This document shows, one piece after another, positions 1 through 12,981 of a DNA stretch of 64,000 bases (position 1 is the stretch's first letter; each line of letters begins with the position of its first letter). This DNA is from Mobula hypostoma (Eukaryota). Below the pieces are notes generated by a model that was not told the DNA's origin, did no database searches, and was given only the letters and a program-made list of their open reading frames with translations. The stretch covers positions 18,042,001 through 18,106,000 of the forward strand of contig NC_086126.1 in assembly GCF_963921235.1 (NCBI RefSeq). Direction: 5' to 3'. A program made the position numbers and the translations under genes.

Positions 1-770
1 ATGCTCTCAACCGTGCCCCTATAGAAAGTTCTTAGGATTTGGGGCCCACGCCAAATTTCTTCAACCGTCTGAGGTGAAAGATGCACTGTTGTGCCTTTTC
101 CACCACACAGCCGGTATGCACAGACCACGTGAGATTCTCGGTCATGTTTATGCCGAGGAGCATAAAGCTGTTCACCCTCTCAACCCCAGATCCATTGATG
201 TCAATAGGGGCTAGCCTGTTTCTATTCATCCTGTAGTTCACAACCAGCTGCTTTGTTTTTGCGATATTGTCAAAGAGGTTGTTTTCTGGACACCACTGTG
301 TCAGGGTGATGACTTCTTCTCTGTAGGTTGCCTAATAATTATTTGAAATTAGGCCAATCAGTGCAGTGTCATCAGCAAATTTAATATGCAGATTGGAGCT
401 GTGGGTGGCGACACAGTCATGGGAATATAGAGAGTAAAGAAGGGAGCTCAGTACACAGCCCTGAGGGGCACCTGTGTTGTGGGTCAGAGGGACAGCGGTG
501 AGGGAGCCCGCTCTTACCACCTGCCGGCAATCTGACAGGAAGTCCAGGATCCAGCTACAGAAGGCAGGATGAAGTCTGAGGTCTCTAAGCTTCTTGTGGA
601 GGCTGGGGGGAATTATGGTGTTGAATGCTTAACCTTAGCCCAAGAACAGCATTCTGACATAAGCATCCCTCCTCTCCAGGGACAATGTGCAGAGCTGTGG
701 CTATTGCATCAGCCGTTGATTGGTTGTGTCAGTAGGCGAATTGGGGGTCCCGTGTGGGTGTCAGCACACT
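1..770 (-). mobile_element. Rex1/Babar-type LINE reverse transcriptase fragment (degenerate)
   Basis: Minus ORFs 332-520 (TGAPQGCVLSSLLYSLYSHDC...IKFADDT) and 32-241 (GSGVERVNSF.LLG...LTWS...KAQQ.IFHLRRLKKF) are the RT core and C-terminus typical of Rex1/Babar. Frame is broken. Confidence 0.8.
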
Positions 771-829
771 GCAGATGTAGTCCTTGACCAGCCCCTCAAA
801 GCATTTTCTTATTATTGAGCTGAGTGTGA

Positions 830-1410
830 CAGGAGATTGTGGGATCGAGTTCAAGAGCTGTGAGGTAAAGCCCTTGGTCAGACCCCACTTGGAGTTCTGT
901 GTTCAGTTCTTGTCACCTCACTACAGGAAGGATGTGAAGAGGAGTGCAGAGGAGATTTACAAGGATGTTGCCTTATGAGAATAGGTTGAGTGATCTTGGC
1001 CTTTTCTCCTTGGAGCAATGGAGGATGAGAAGTGGCCTGATAGAGGTGTACAAGATGATGAGAGGCTTTGATCTTGTGGATAGTCAGAGGACCTTTCCCA
1101 GGTCTGAAATGGCTAACATGAGGGGGCATAGTTTTAAGGTGCCTGGAAATAGGTACTGAGGGGTTGTTCGGGGTAAGTTTTCCACACGGAGTGGTGGATG
1201 TGTGGAATGCACTGCTGGCGATGGATGGTGGAAGCAAATAGAATAGCGTATTTTAAGAGCCTCTTACGTAGGTACATGGAGCTTAGAAAAATAGAGGGTT
1301 ATGCACGAGGGAATTTCCAGGCAGTTTCTAGAGTAGGTAACATGATCGGCACAACCTTGTGGGCTGAAAGGCCTGTAATGTGCTGTAGATTTCTCTGTTT
1401 TCTATGAATA
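830..1410 (+). mobile_element. CR1-clade LINE 3' fragment
   Basis: LVRPHLEFCVQF.SPHY and QRRFTRMLP..RL.DLGLFSLE motifs, then a CR1-type 3' UTR ending in a TTCTATG tail. Confidence 0.85.
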
Positions 1411-1789
1411 AATAAATGATGGTAAATAATTTATACGTATATTAAATAGTAAAAATGGTGCAGAAACTGATGTAAGGGGGTGGGGGTCGCGGGGGGGGGG
1501 CTATACTGGTATGTGTGTGTTTATGCTTTCTCAGATACAAGTTGATCCTATCTTTAAAAATCATTTCCAAAAATATCCCTCCCACTAATGTAAGAGTCAC
1601 CAGGGTATAGTTTCCTGTCTTGTCCCTATTGCAGTTCTTAAAAAGGGGAAGAATACTTCTCATTTTCCACTCTTCTGCATCCTGGCCTGTAATTAAAAGA
1701 GCATCAGTTTTGAGTTTTGTTAAATTTCTTACCTTATTTTATCACTCAACCATCAGGTTTTTGAACCAAAGTTCAAAGTACATTTATTA

Positions 1790-2670
1790 CTCTGGCAATG
1801 TGAAATGTGAGGAGGAGGTTATGAGAATGCAGGGTGACTTGGACAGGCTGGGTGAGTGGGCGGATGCATGGCAGATGCAATTTAATGTGGATAAATGTGA
1901 GGATATCCACTTTGGTGGTAAGAACAGGAAGGCAGATTATTATCTAAATGGAGTCGTTAGGAAAAGGGGAAGTACAACGAGATCTAGGTGTCCTTGTACA
2001 TCAGTCACTGAAAGCAAGCATGCAAGTACAGCAGGCAGTGAAGAAAGCTAATGGCATGCTGGCCTTCATAACAAGGGGAATTGAGTATAGGAACAAAGCA
2101 GTCCTTCTGCAGTTGTACAGGGCCCTGGTGAGACCACACCTGGAGTACTGTGTGAAGTTTTGGTCTCCAAATTTGAGGAAGGACATTCTTGCTATTGAGG
2201 GAGTACAATGTAGGTTCACAAGGTTAATTCCCGGGATGGCGGGACTGTCATATGTTGAAAGATTGGAGCAACTGGGCTTATGTATACTGGAATTTAGAAG
2301 GATGAGAGGGAATGTGATTCAAACATATAAGATTATTTAGGGATTGGGCACGCCGGAGGCAGGAAGCATGTTCCTGCTGGTGGCTGAGTCCAGAACCAGA
2401 GGCCACAGTTTAAGAATAAGGGGTAGGCCATTTAGAATGTTGAGGAAAAACTTTTTTCACCCAGAGAGTGGTGGATATGTGGAATATTCTGCTCCAGAAG
2501 GCAGTGGAGGCCAAGTCTCTGGATGCTTTCAAGAAAGAGATGGATAGAGCTCTTAAAGATAGTGGAATCAAAGGTTATGGGGATAAGGCAGGAACTGGAT
2601 ACTGATTGTGAATGATCAGCCATGATCACAGTGAATGGCGGTGCTGGCTCGAAGAGCTGAATGACCTACA
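1790..2670 (+). mobile_element. CR1-clade LINE 3' fragment (ORF2 RT C-terminus)
   Basis: MQGDLDRLGEWADAWQMQFNVDKCE and LYRALVRPHLEYCVKFWSP across frameshifted ORFs 1620-2547. Confidence 0.9.
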
Positions 2671-3354
2671 AACTTGAGGTTTGTTCCAAACAGGCTGCCA
2701 TAAAACAAAGAAAGCCACAAGAACCCACTAATAAAATAAGAAGACTGTCAAACTCCCAATGTGCAGAAAGGAAAATAAATCACGCAAGCAATTAATGCAA
2801 GCAAATATTGTAGCATTTTGAACTGAAATCCTCAGAAATGCTTAGTTCAGCGCAGAATGGAGCAGTGAGCTGAACCGGCTCGTCCCTGGCCTCGGGCCCA
2901 ACACACTGACCATTTCAATCTGGCCTGGCACCTAAATCATCATCCAAACACTGGGTTCAGTTGCTTCGATACGATCTGGGGCCTGGTCCCCGCTGCCTCA
3001 ATTTGGCCTGTACCTGACTTTTCCATTTGGTCCCGGCGTTTAAATCAACCGACCTTCGTGTCTTCCTCACTCTCAGTGATGGGTCCGCTGCCTCACCTCT
3101 CTTCTGCCACATCAAATTGCCTCCAAGTCCAAAGGGAAGTTACAGGCTATTCATTTACTAGAAAAAGAGATTCACCAGTGTCACCTTAAACCAGAACCAG
3201 TGGAGATAACTCCATTTAACTTCACTGAACTCATCACTGAACTGTTTCCCACAATCTATGGACTCACTTTCACGACTTCTGCATCTTATGTTCTCTATTT
3301 ATTTCTTATTTCTTTATGATTATTATTATTTTCTCCCTTGTATTTGCACACATC

Positions 3355-6110
3355 TACTCTGTCTAGGTCTTTCAATGAGACCACCCTTCCCCTCATGCTT
3401 CTAAATTCCAGTGAGTACAGACCCAGAGCTATCAAACATTCCTCAGAGGCTAACACTCTCAATCCTGGAATCATCCTTATGAACCTCCTCTGAACCCTCT
3501 CCAATGCCACCACATCTTTTCCTAGATGAGGAGCCCAGAATTGTTCACTGTACTGAAGGTGAGGCCTCACCAGTGCCTTATAAACCCTCAGCATCACATC
3601 CCTGCTCTTATATTTGAGACCCCTTGAAAGGAATGTTAATTATAGTATTTGCCTTCCTAACCACCAACTCTATCTGCAAGTTAATCTTTTGGTTGTTCTG
3701 CACGAGGACTGTCAATTCCCTTTGCATCTCAAATTTTTGCCCATTTAGAAAAAGTTCCGCACATTTATTTCTACTACCAAAGTGCATGACCAAGCATTTT
3801 CTGACATTGTATTTCATTCGCTACTCTCTTGCCCATCTCCTGATCTGTCTAAGTCCTTCTGCAGCCTACCCATTTCCTCAACACTACCTGCCCCTCCACA
3901 AATCTTCATATCATCAGCAAACTTGACAACAAAGCCATCTATTTCATCATCTATATCATAAAAAGAAGTGGTTGTAACACCTACCCCTGCAGAACACCGC
4001 TACTTACTGGCAACCAACCAGAAAAGGATCTTTTTATCACCACTCACTGCCTTCTTCCAATCAGTCAATGCTTGTAACTTTCCTGTAATACCATGGGCTC
4101 TTAATGTGGTAAGCAGCCTCATATGTGGCACCTTGTCAAAGGCCTTCTGAAAGTCCAAATAAAAAACATGGACTGTATCCCCTTTGTCTATCCTACGTGT
4201 AATCTTCTCAAAGAATTCCAATAGGTTCACTAAGCAAGATTTTTCCTTGAGGAAACCATGCAGTATTCATCCTATCTTGTTCTGTGTCTCCGAGTACTCC
4301 ATAACTTCATTATTAACAGTTGACTCCAACAACTTCCCAACCACTGAGTTCAGGCTAACTGGTCTATAATTTCCTTTCTGTTGCTTTCCTGGAGTCTTAA
4401 AGAGTGGAGTGACATTTGCAGTTTTCCAGTCATCTGGCACCATGCTAGAGTCCAATGATTTTGAAAGATAATTACTAATGACCTCACAATCTCTATTGCT
4501 ATCTCTTTCAGAACCGTAGGGTGCAATACATCTGGTCCGGGTGACATGTACCGGCAGGTCTTTCAGCTTTTTGAACACCTTCTTACTTGTAATAGTAACT
4601 GCACTCATTTCTCTTCCCTCACACCCTTACACTCTTTAAGGTGGGTGTTTATATGGGATGGTGGGTTTAAGGGTCAGCACAACATTGTGGGCTGAAGGGC
4701 CTGTACTGTACTATTCTATGTTCTATGTTCAACATCTGGCACACTGCTGGTGTCTTCCGCAAAGACTCATGCAAAATACCCATTTAGCTCATTTGTCATT
4801 TCCTTGTCCCCATTATTATTTCTCCACCCTCATATTCCAGCGGTCCTATATCCACTCTATTCTCTCTTTTATTTTTAACATACTTGAAAAAACTTTTACT
4901 ATCCACTTTGATATTGTTTGACATTTGTTTTCACATTTCATCTTTTCCCTCCGATTATTTTTTCTGTAGGCTTTTAAAAGCTTCCCAATCCTCTGTCTTA
5001 CCACTAATTTTTGCATTGTGCTTTTACATTACCTTTGACTTCACTCATCAGCCCCATTTTGCCATTTGAGATCTCGTCATTTTTTTGGAATAGATCTATC
5101 CTGCACCTTCCTCATTTTTCCCACAAACTCACACCATTACTTCTCTGCTTGATCCCTGCCAGCATTTGCTTCCAACTTACTTTGGCCAACTCCCCTCTCA
5201 TACCACTGTAATATCCTTTACTTCACTGAAATACTGATACGTCAGACTTTACTTTCTTCTTATCAAATTTCAAGTTGAACACAATCATATTGTCATCACT
5301 ATTTCCAAAGGATTCTTTTACTTTAAGTTCCCTAATCATCTCAGGTTTATTATATAACACCCAATCTAATATAGCTGATCCCTGTTCTAAAAAGCCATCT
5401 TTTAGGTATTCAACAAACTCACTCTCTTGAGATCTATTTCCAATCTGATTTTCCCAATCTATCTGCATGTTGAAATCTCCCATGACTATCATAACGTTGC
5501 CCTTTTGACACGTCTTTGCTATTTCCTGTTGTATTCTGTGGTCCATATCCAAGCTACTGTTTGGAGGCCTGTATATAACTGCCATCAGTGTCCTTTTACC
5601 CTTGCAGTTTCTTAACTCAACGCAGAATGATTCAACATCTTTTGGTCCTATATCACAACTTTTGACTGAATTGATGTCATTCTTTACCAGCAGAGCCATG
5701 CCACCCCCTCTGCCTACCTTCCTATCTCTCTGATACAACATGTAACCTTGGACATTTAGCTCCCAACTGCAAGCATCCTTCTGCCATGACTCAGCGATGG
5801 CCATGACATCATATCTGACAATCTGTAATAGGGCAATAAGATCATCCACCTTATTTCTCATACTCTGTGGATAGAGATATAACACTTTGAGTACAGTATT
5901 GCTACCCTTTCATTCTGCATCCCTCATGCACTGATACTCACCCTGCTGGCTGCAGTTATGTCCTATCATCTGCCTGCCCTTCCTGACAGTCCAATTGCAT
6001 GCTATCTTTGCTTTTTTACCCTCCATCCTATCCTGACTGCCTTCACTCTGGTTCCAACAACCTCCCCCCCCCCTGCCAAATTAGTTTAACCCTCCCCTAC
6101 CGCACTAACA
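3355..6110 (-). mobile_element. Degenerate CR1 LINE (APE endonuclease and RT of ORF2)
   Basis: ORF 5223-5885 is APE-like (RKVGRGGGMALLVK, IYRPPN, MGDFN, ILDWVL). RT pieces include NYRPVSLNSVVGKLLE, YLDFQKAFDKVPH and LVRPHLQY. Confidence 0.9.
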
Positions 6111-7844
6111 AACCAGCAGTATGCCCACAAGAAAACTAATCTCAGGGTTGTATATGGTGACTGAAATGTATTTTGATAGTACATTTACTTTCAGCTTTGA
6201 ACTTTGCAGTAGAGAGCTGGGTGTTGTACTGGTCTGTGTCCTCACTGGCCGGTGCTGTGCTCTGGCAGCTCAGTGTCCTTGGTATACAGTGTCAGTGTTT
6301 TTACAGAAGTGTGTCCTTATTACACAAGTGTGTCCTTATTACACAATTGATCTTGTCCACCCTGGAGCTCAGAAGATTCACTGTCGACCAGAGTGATTTG
6401 TTTTGGTCACCCTGCTGTATGACAGACAGCATTAAGCTGGAAAGAGTGCAGAGGAGATTTGTGGAAAGGTGTTTCAGACAATTTTCCCTGGAATGTTGGA
6501 GAATGAGTGCTGATATTGCAGAGGCGTATAAATTCATGAGGGACCTGGGTTGGCTCAAAGAGAACAGTCTTCTTGCCAGTGTTGGGGAATCAAGAACTGG
6601 AGGACATTGGTTTAAGATGAGATTTAATAAGGACCTGAAGGGCAGCTTTTCCACACAGAGGCTGGTCAGTAAATGGAATGAGCTGCTGGGGGGAGTGGTT
6701 GAGTCAGGTACATTAAAAAGGTACTTGGGCAGGTAGATGGAAAGGAAAGGTTTTGAAGTATCTGGGCTAAATGCAAGGAAATGGGACAAGGAGGAGAATA
6801 ACCTTGATCATAATGTGGTGGTGCGGGGGTTACAGACCACTTGCTCAGATGGGAACTTTGGTCAGCGTGGACCATTTGAGCTGAAGGGCTTGTTTCTGTG
6901 CTGTGTGAATTTGACTGTAAACCCTGGTGACATTTCAATGACATTAAACTTTTCTAAATGACATTATTTCTTTATAGATTATAGACTCCAGTACCTGAAG
7001 TGAAGTTAACTGGGCTACAGTTACCTGCTTTTCATCTTCCACCCTTCTTCAACAATGGTTTTCAACTCCACTGGGACCTTTCTGTAACAGTGAGTTTTGA
7101 CAAACTTCAATGTCTCTACTTTCTCTCCAGACTTCCTGTGAAACCCTCCAGTGCAGGTCATTGGAACCAAGTAATGTTTGCTTTTAGTCCCATTAGTTTT
7201 TTTTTCCCCTTGAGATGGTGATTGTTACACATTATGGCACAATGTTGAAATGTCTCCATCAGATATCTGTGGGATGTTTGTTGTGTCCCCACTGTGAACA
7301 CTAATGCAGATTATTGGAGTTAACTTGTCTGCTTTTTCCTTGTTAGTTTTAGCTTTTGTCTCATCACTGATCCTGGAAAAATCCTGATCCTCTTGTCTGC
7401 CTCCTTTGACCACAGAGTGTTCTTTGCTCTCTGTGATCCCTCTATCTAATTGGGATCAACGTCTGCTGAGTGTTACATACAGTCTTCTTAAACATCTGCC
7501 ACTGCTCATTACTGTCCTGTCCCTGAGCCTATTTACTCCATCTGCCCCAGACAACTCCACTGTCACGTCTCTGTAATTGACTTTATTTAGGTTGAGGACA
7601 CTGGTTCTGGACCCTGGTGTTCACCCTCAATCTGTGATCTGGAGATCTCCCACATTGTGATCACTTCTTCAGGGATCCTTCACCACAAGGTCTCTCTGTA
7701 ATCCCACCCCATTACACAGATTACATCTGAAATGGCCCGTTCATGGGTAAGATACTGCTGTAAGAAACTGTCTCTGACCATTCCACAAATTCCTCTTCCA
7801 CTGTACCAGTTTGATTAGCTTAATCAATACAGAGACTGAACCAA

Positions 7845-8385
7845 ACACACAGATAACGCTGGAGGAGCTCAGCAAACAGTCGACATTTCAGGCTGAGAAC
7901 CTTCATCAGGATTAGAAAGAAAGGGACAAAAGCCAGAATAAGGTGGTGGGGGAGGGGGAGGAGGAGAACAGGTGAGGGGTGGGGAACATGTGGTTTGTGG
8001 AGGGATGATGATGTGAGGAGCTGGGTGACAGGCAGAAAAGGCAAAGAGATGAAGAGAAAGAAATCTAATAGGAGAGAGTGTCGAACCATGGGATGACATG
8101 AAGGAGGTGGAGAACCAGAGACAGATGATGAGCAGGTCATGAGGGTGCATGAGGAGAGGTGAAGGGGTTAAATGGCCACTAGAATGGGGAAAACCTCAGA
8201 GAAAAAGTGGGGGGGGGCGGGTTGTGGAAACAGGAGGTAGTTGTTCTTGAATTTGGAGAAATCAATGTCCATGCCATCAAGATTGGAGGTTACACAGTCA
8301 GAATATGAGGTATTGCTCATCCAACCTGTACTCGGCCTCATTGTAGCATGAGACGAGGCCAGGTACAGACATGTTGGTGATGGCC
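7845..8385 (-). mobile_element. Penelope-like element 3' remnant (GIY-YIG C-terminus, pyrimidine-rich tail, pseudo-LTR)
   Basis: Minus strand encodes CYNEAEYRLDEQYLIF and DGMDIDFSKF, similar to the ORF end at 44660-44763. A C/T-rich tract and a hammerhead-bearing repeat follow. Confidence 0.75.
7877..7913 (-). ncRNA. Minimal type I hammerhead ribozyme motif (degenerate)
   Basis: Minus strand reads AATC-CTGATGA-AGGTTCTCAGCCT-GAAA-TG-TC-GACTG. Confidence 0.6.
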
Positions 8386-9286
8386 CTCCGCTGGTCAGGG
8401 TCAACCATGGATATTGCACCTGAGTTTCGAAGTCGATATGCAAGTAAGGGAAGTATGATATTTAAAGCAAGCAGTTGTCCATGCAGGGGCCCCTGCTCTC
8501 CACACAGCTGATGAATCCAAAGCAATGGCAGAGACCGATGCAATCAGGCACCAGCGGTGTTACAGGATTGCCAGTCTGCATTGAACACAGGGCTGACAGG
8601 GAATCCAGCTCCGGATTGTTCCTCAGGGTTTACTCCCGAAGTCTTCCCCATGAATGGGTCTAGCCACAGGCCAGTGGAGATTTGAGATCAGAATTATGCT
8701 TCTACTAGATGAGCTGCCAAGTATGGCTGACGAGCCCTATCTGCCCATAGCAGTTGGTTATAAGACACCAGAAAACCCATTTGCACCTTCCTCTGTCACT
8801 AGAAACAGTTCATCGGGTGTAGTAGCTAAGCCATATGTAACAGCCAGGAGCTGGACTTGATTGACAAAGGCAATTTGAGACACACACCATTGGCAGCATT
8901 TAATGGGAAGTGGGAGCTTGTCCCATTGCTACCCCACCATCGGTTGAAACAGCTGTCAGGGACCGAATGGGTTGCCACCAGCAGATGGTGGTTGTTGCAG
9001 CTCACAGAGCAAAGATACTCGATGCAGCGCTACCCTAATCTGCTTCTGATTAAATCTCGCATGATATTCACAGTTCCATTCTCATCTCTCTTTCATATTT
9101 CCCCTCTTTGTGCTTTATCCCATCGGGAGGAACACATGAGGATCTTGAGACCACTCCTCCCCATGTCTTCTTTCCCTCCCCCTTTCACCATCACTGTCTG
9201 TACATGTAAAGTGCCTATGAAAAGTATTCATGCCCCTTGGAAGTTTCCATCTTTTATTGTTATACAACATTGAATCACAGTGGATT

Positions 9287-9423
9287 AAAGGGTCCTGACG
9301 AAGGGTCTCGGCCTGAAACGTCGACTGCACCTCTTCCTACAGATGCTGCCTGGCCTGCTGCGTTCACCAGCAACTTTTATGTGTGTTGCTTGAATTTCCA
9401 GCATCTGCAGAATTCCTGTTGCT
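9287..9423 (+). mobile_element. Solo Penelope-like pseudo-LTR inserted in the Tc1 left TIR
   Basis: Flanked by a TGGATT duplication (9281-9286 and 9424-9429). Absent from the paralogous Tc1 at about 36668. Confidence 0.75.
9292..9326 (+). ncRNA. Minimal type I hammerhead ribozyme motif
   Basis: GTC-CTGACGA-A-GGGT-CTCG-GCCT-GAAA-CG-TC-GAC. Both core boxes, stem II and the GTC/GAC stem I are present. Confidence 0.7.
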
Positions 9424-9563
9424 TGGATTGAATTTGGGTTTTTTTTGATACTAATCAACAGTTAAAAAACTCATTTGTGTCAAGGTGAAAACAGATCTCT
9501 AAATAAATTACAGATATAAAAACATAAAACAATTACCTGTATAATTATTCACCCCCTTTAATA

Positions 9564-10559
9564 GTACTCACAGTCATACTTTATTGATCCCGAGGGAAAC
9601 TGGTTTTCATTACAGTTGCACCATAAATAATTAGATAGTAATAAAACCATAAATAATTAAATATTAATATGTAAATTATGCCAGGAAATAAGTCCAGGAC
9701 CAGCCTATTGGCTCAGGGTGTCTGACCCTCCAAGGGAGGAGTTGTAAAGTTTGATGGCCACAGGCAGGAATGACTTCCTATGACGCTTTGTGTTGCATCT
9801 CGGTGGAATGAGTCTCTGGCTGAATGTACTCCTGTGTCCACCCAGTACATTATGTAGTGGATGGGAGACATTGTCCAAGATGGCATGCAACTTAGACAGC
9901 ATCCTCTTTTCAGACACCACCGTCAGAGAGTCCAGTTCCATCCCCACAACATCACTGGCCTTACGAATGAGTTTGTTGATTCTGTTGGTGTCTGCCACCC
10001 TCAGACTGCTGCCCCAGCACACAACAGCAAACATGATGGCACTGGCCACCACAGACTCGTAGAACATCCTCAGCATCATCTGAGAGATGTTAAAAGACCT
10101 CAGTCTCCTCAGGAAATAGAGACAGCTCTGACCCTTCTTGTAGACAGCCTCAGTGTCCTTTGACCAGTCCAGTTTATTGTCAATTCGTATCTCCAGGTAT
10201 TTGTAATCCTCCACCATGTCCACACTGACCCCCTGGGTGGAAACAGGGGTCACCGGTGCCTTAGCCCTCCTCAGGTCTACCACCAGCTCCTTTGTCTTTT
10301 TCACATTAAGCTTCAGATAATTCTGCTCACACCATGTGACAGAGTTTCCTACTGTAGCCCTGTACTCAGCCTCATCTCCCTTGCTGATGCATCCAACTAT
10401 GGCAGAGTCATCAGAAAACTTCTGAAGATGAAAAGACTCTGTGCAGTAGCTGAAGTCCGAGGTGTAAATGGTGAAGAGAAAGGGAGACTGTGGAGCCCCA
10501 GTGCTACTGATCACTCTGTCGGACACACACAGCTCTGTATGAGTCTGTATCACTCTGTA
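9564..10559 (-). mobile_element. 5'-truncated Rex1/Babar-type LINE nested in Tc1
   Basis: 286-aa ORF 9705-10565 with STGAPQ..SPFLFTIYTSD, LQKFSDDS, LNVKKTKELVVD and YFLRRLRSF. Absent from the Tc1 copy at about 36813. Confidence 0.9.
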
Positions 10560-11296
10560 TAACATACCAAATCATCACTGGTGCAGCCACTTGGTTTTAG
10601 GAGTTACATAATCGGTTTAATGGAGATCACCATGTGTAGTCAAGGTGTTTCAATTGATTGTAGTAAAAATATGTCTATATCTGGAAGGTCCAACTACTGG
10701 CGAGTCAGTATCCTGGGAGAAACTACATCATGAAGACAAATTAACACTCCAAGCAGCTCTGCAAAAAGGTTATTGAAAAACACATGTCAGGAGATGGATT
10801 CAAGTCACTGAATACCCTTGGAGTACAGTTTTGTCAATCATCCAGAAATGGGAAGAATATGGCACAGCTGTAAATCTGCCAAGAGCAGGTCATCCTCAAA
10901 AACTGAGTGACGGTGCAAGAAGGGGACAAGTGAAAGAGGCTCCACATGACCTGTGACAACTCTAGAGGAGTTACAAGCTGCAGTGGCTGAGATGGGAGAG
11001 ACTGTGCAGACAACAACTGTTGCCCAGGTGCTTCACCAGTCACAGCTTTTTGGGAGAGTGGTGAAGAGAAAGCCACTGAAAAATACTCTCATGAAGCCTT
11101 GCCTGGAATTTGCCAGAAGAAGTAACGGACCCTGAAGTCAGCTGGAAGAAGTTTCTATGGTCTGACATAAGCAAAATTGCCCTTTTTGACCATCAAACTG
11201 AACACTAAGTTTGGCGGAAGCCAATGACCGCAAGCACAAAACCAAAGCTACACAGGAACGCCTTAAAACAAAGTTAGTGTCCTGCAGTGGCCAAGT

Positions 11297-11640
11297 CATA
11301 GAAACATAGAAACACAGAAAATAGGTACAGGAGTAGGCCATTCGGCCCTTCGAGCCTGCACCGCCATTTATTATGATCATGGCTGATCATCCAAATCAGA
11401 ACCCCGCCCCAGCCTTCCCTCCATACCCCCTGACCCCAGTAGCCACAAGGGCCATATCTAACTCCATCTTAAACATAGCCAATGAACTGGCCTCAACAGT
11501 TTGCTGTGGCAGAGAATTCCACAGATTCACCACTCTCTGTGTGAAGAAGTTTTTCCTAATCTCGGTCCTAAAAGGCTTCCCCTCTATCCTCAAACTGTGA
11601 CCCCTCGTTCTGGATATCCTCAAACTGTGACCCCTCGTTC
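11297..11640 (-). mobile_element. CR1 3' end nested in the Tc1 transposase
   Basis: (CATAGAAA)n tail and RTRGHSLRIEGKPFRTEIRKNFFTQRVVNLWNSLP. A tandem duplication of TATCCTCAAACTGTGACCCCTCGTTC sits at its truncated 5' end. Confidence 0.9.
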
Positions 11641-12269
11641 ATGGTCCAGACCTCAATCCAATTAAAGCTGGACGTAAAATGGACAGTTCACGCACAAACT
11701 GCATGCATTCTGACAGATCTTCAGCAGTTTTGTAAAGAAGAAGGGGGAAAATTGTAATGTCCAGATGTGCAAAGCTGATAGTGACCTATCCACACAGAGT
11801 CTACTATGATTATTGCCAAAGGTGCATCATCTAATTACTGAATTGATGGAGGTAAATACTAATCCATCAATTATTTTGTGTTTTATATTTGTAATTAGTT
11901 TAAATCCCTTTGTAAAGATCTTTTCATTTAGACACCACAGTCTTTTCTGATCATCAGTGTTTTAAATTAAATCCACCATGATTCAACGTTGTAAAACAAT
12001 AAAACATGAAAACATCCAAGGAGACTGAATACTTCTTACAGGCACTATATCCACCCCCTCACCAGCACATTATGAACAAATCCACCATACTCTTTTCCAT
12101 GTTGCCGATTCCGTGTGGAACATTGAACATGATGGAAGGTCGAATTCCCAGTCCCAGTCTCTGTAACCATGTCCCTGCAATAGCTGGTAGATCAAACATA
12201 TTCGTCAATAGACAATATGGAATAGATGGCAAACTGCCCCTTGGCCCACAATATCTGCACCAATCATAA

Positions 12270-12815
12270 TAATGTTGAGAATTTATGAAGCACTGGTGAG
12301 GTCTCACTTGGAGTATTGTGAGCAGATTTGGGCCCTTTATCTTAGCAAGGATGGGCTGAAACTGGCTGGGTTTCAAAGGATGTTCTCGAAACTTATTCCA
12401 GGATTAAACAGCTTGTCATATGAAGAGTGTTTAATGGCTCTGGGCCTGTATTCACTGGAATATCAAATGGTGAAAGGCCTTGATAAATTGGATGTGCAGA
12501 GGATGGGAGTATCTAAGACCAGAGGACACAGGCTCAGAGTAGAGGAGGATCCTTGTAGAATGTGGAGATGAGGTAATTCATAAGCCACAGAGTGGTGAAT
12601 CTGTGGAATTCATTGCCACAGGCAGCTCTTGATCCAAGACTTCATGTATATTTAAGGTAGAGATTGATAGATTCTTGATTGGTCAGAGCATGAAGGGACA
12701 TATGGAGAAGGCAGGAGACTGGGGCTGAGAGGGAAAATGGATCAGCCACAATGAAATGTCGGAGCAGACTCGATGGGCCAAATGGTCAAATTCTACTCCT
12801 ATATCTTATAGTCTA
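12270..12815 (+). mobile_element. CR1 3' fragment
   Basis: IYEALVRSHLEYCEQIW..FQRMFSKLIPGL followed by a CR1-type 3' UTR. Confidence 0.85.
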
Positions 12816-12981
12816 TATCACCACCTCACAAACCTCGAGCAACTTTGTCAAGCGTGATCTGCCCACACAAAATCATGCTGATTGTCCCTAAGCAGGCCAT
12901 GCCTTTCCAAATGTGCATAAATCCTGTACCTCAATATCCTCCTCAGTAGCTTCCCTACCACAGAAATGAGGCTGCCCTGCC

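Larger units (their letters stand above)
6390..11230. repeat. Segment duplicated in direct orientation at about 35555-37480
   Basis: Collinear matches of decayed CR1 and unique sequence (6390-7410 vs 35555-36520). The same Tc1 insertion junction occurs in both: CACCATCACTGTC..ATGTA|AAGTGCC at 9186-9215 and 36572-36601. Confidence 0.85.
9209..12047 (+). mobile_element. Tc1/mariner DNA transposon relic (long IR/DR-type TIRs) with three nested insertions
   Basis: Left end TA|AAGTGCCTATGAAAAGTATTCA..CCCCTTGGA. Right end TCCAAGGAGACTGAATACTTCTTACAGGCACTA|TA. Transposase remnants begin at 10729 (MKT..HSKQL.KKVIEKH.SGDG) and a split WPS/PDLNPI motif lies at about 11288/11645. Confidence 0.85.

Noticed and set aside
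8505-8545. CTGATGA..GAGAC as another hammerhead
   Set aside because: There is no GAAA box or convincing stem. It lies in a different unidentified repeat (about 8390-8940, possibly an RTE-type 5' region).
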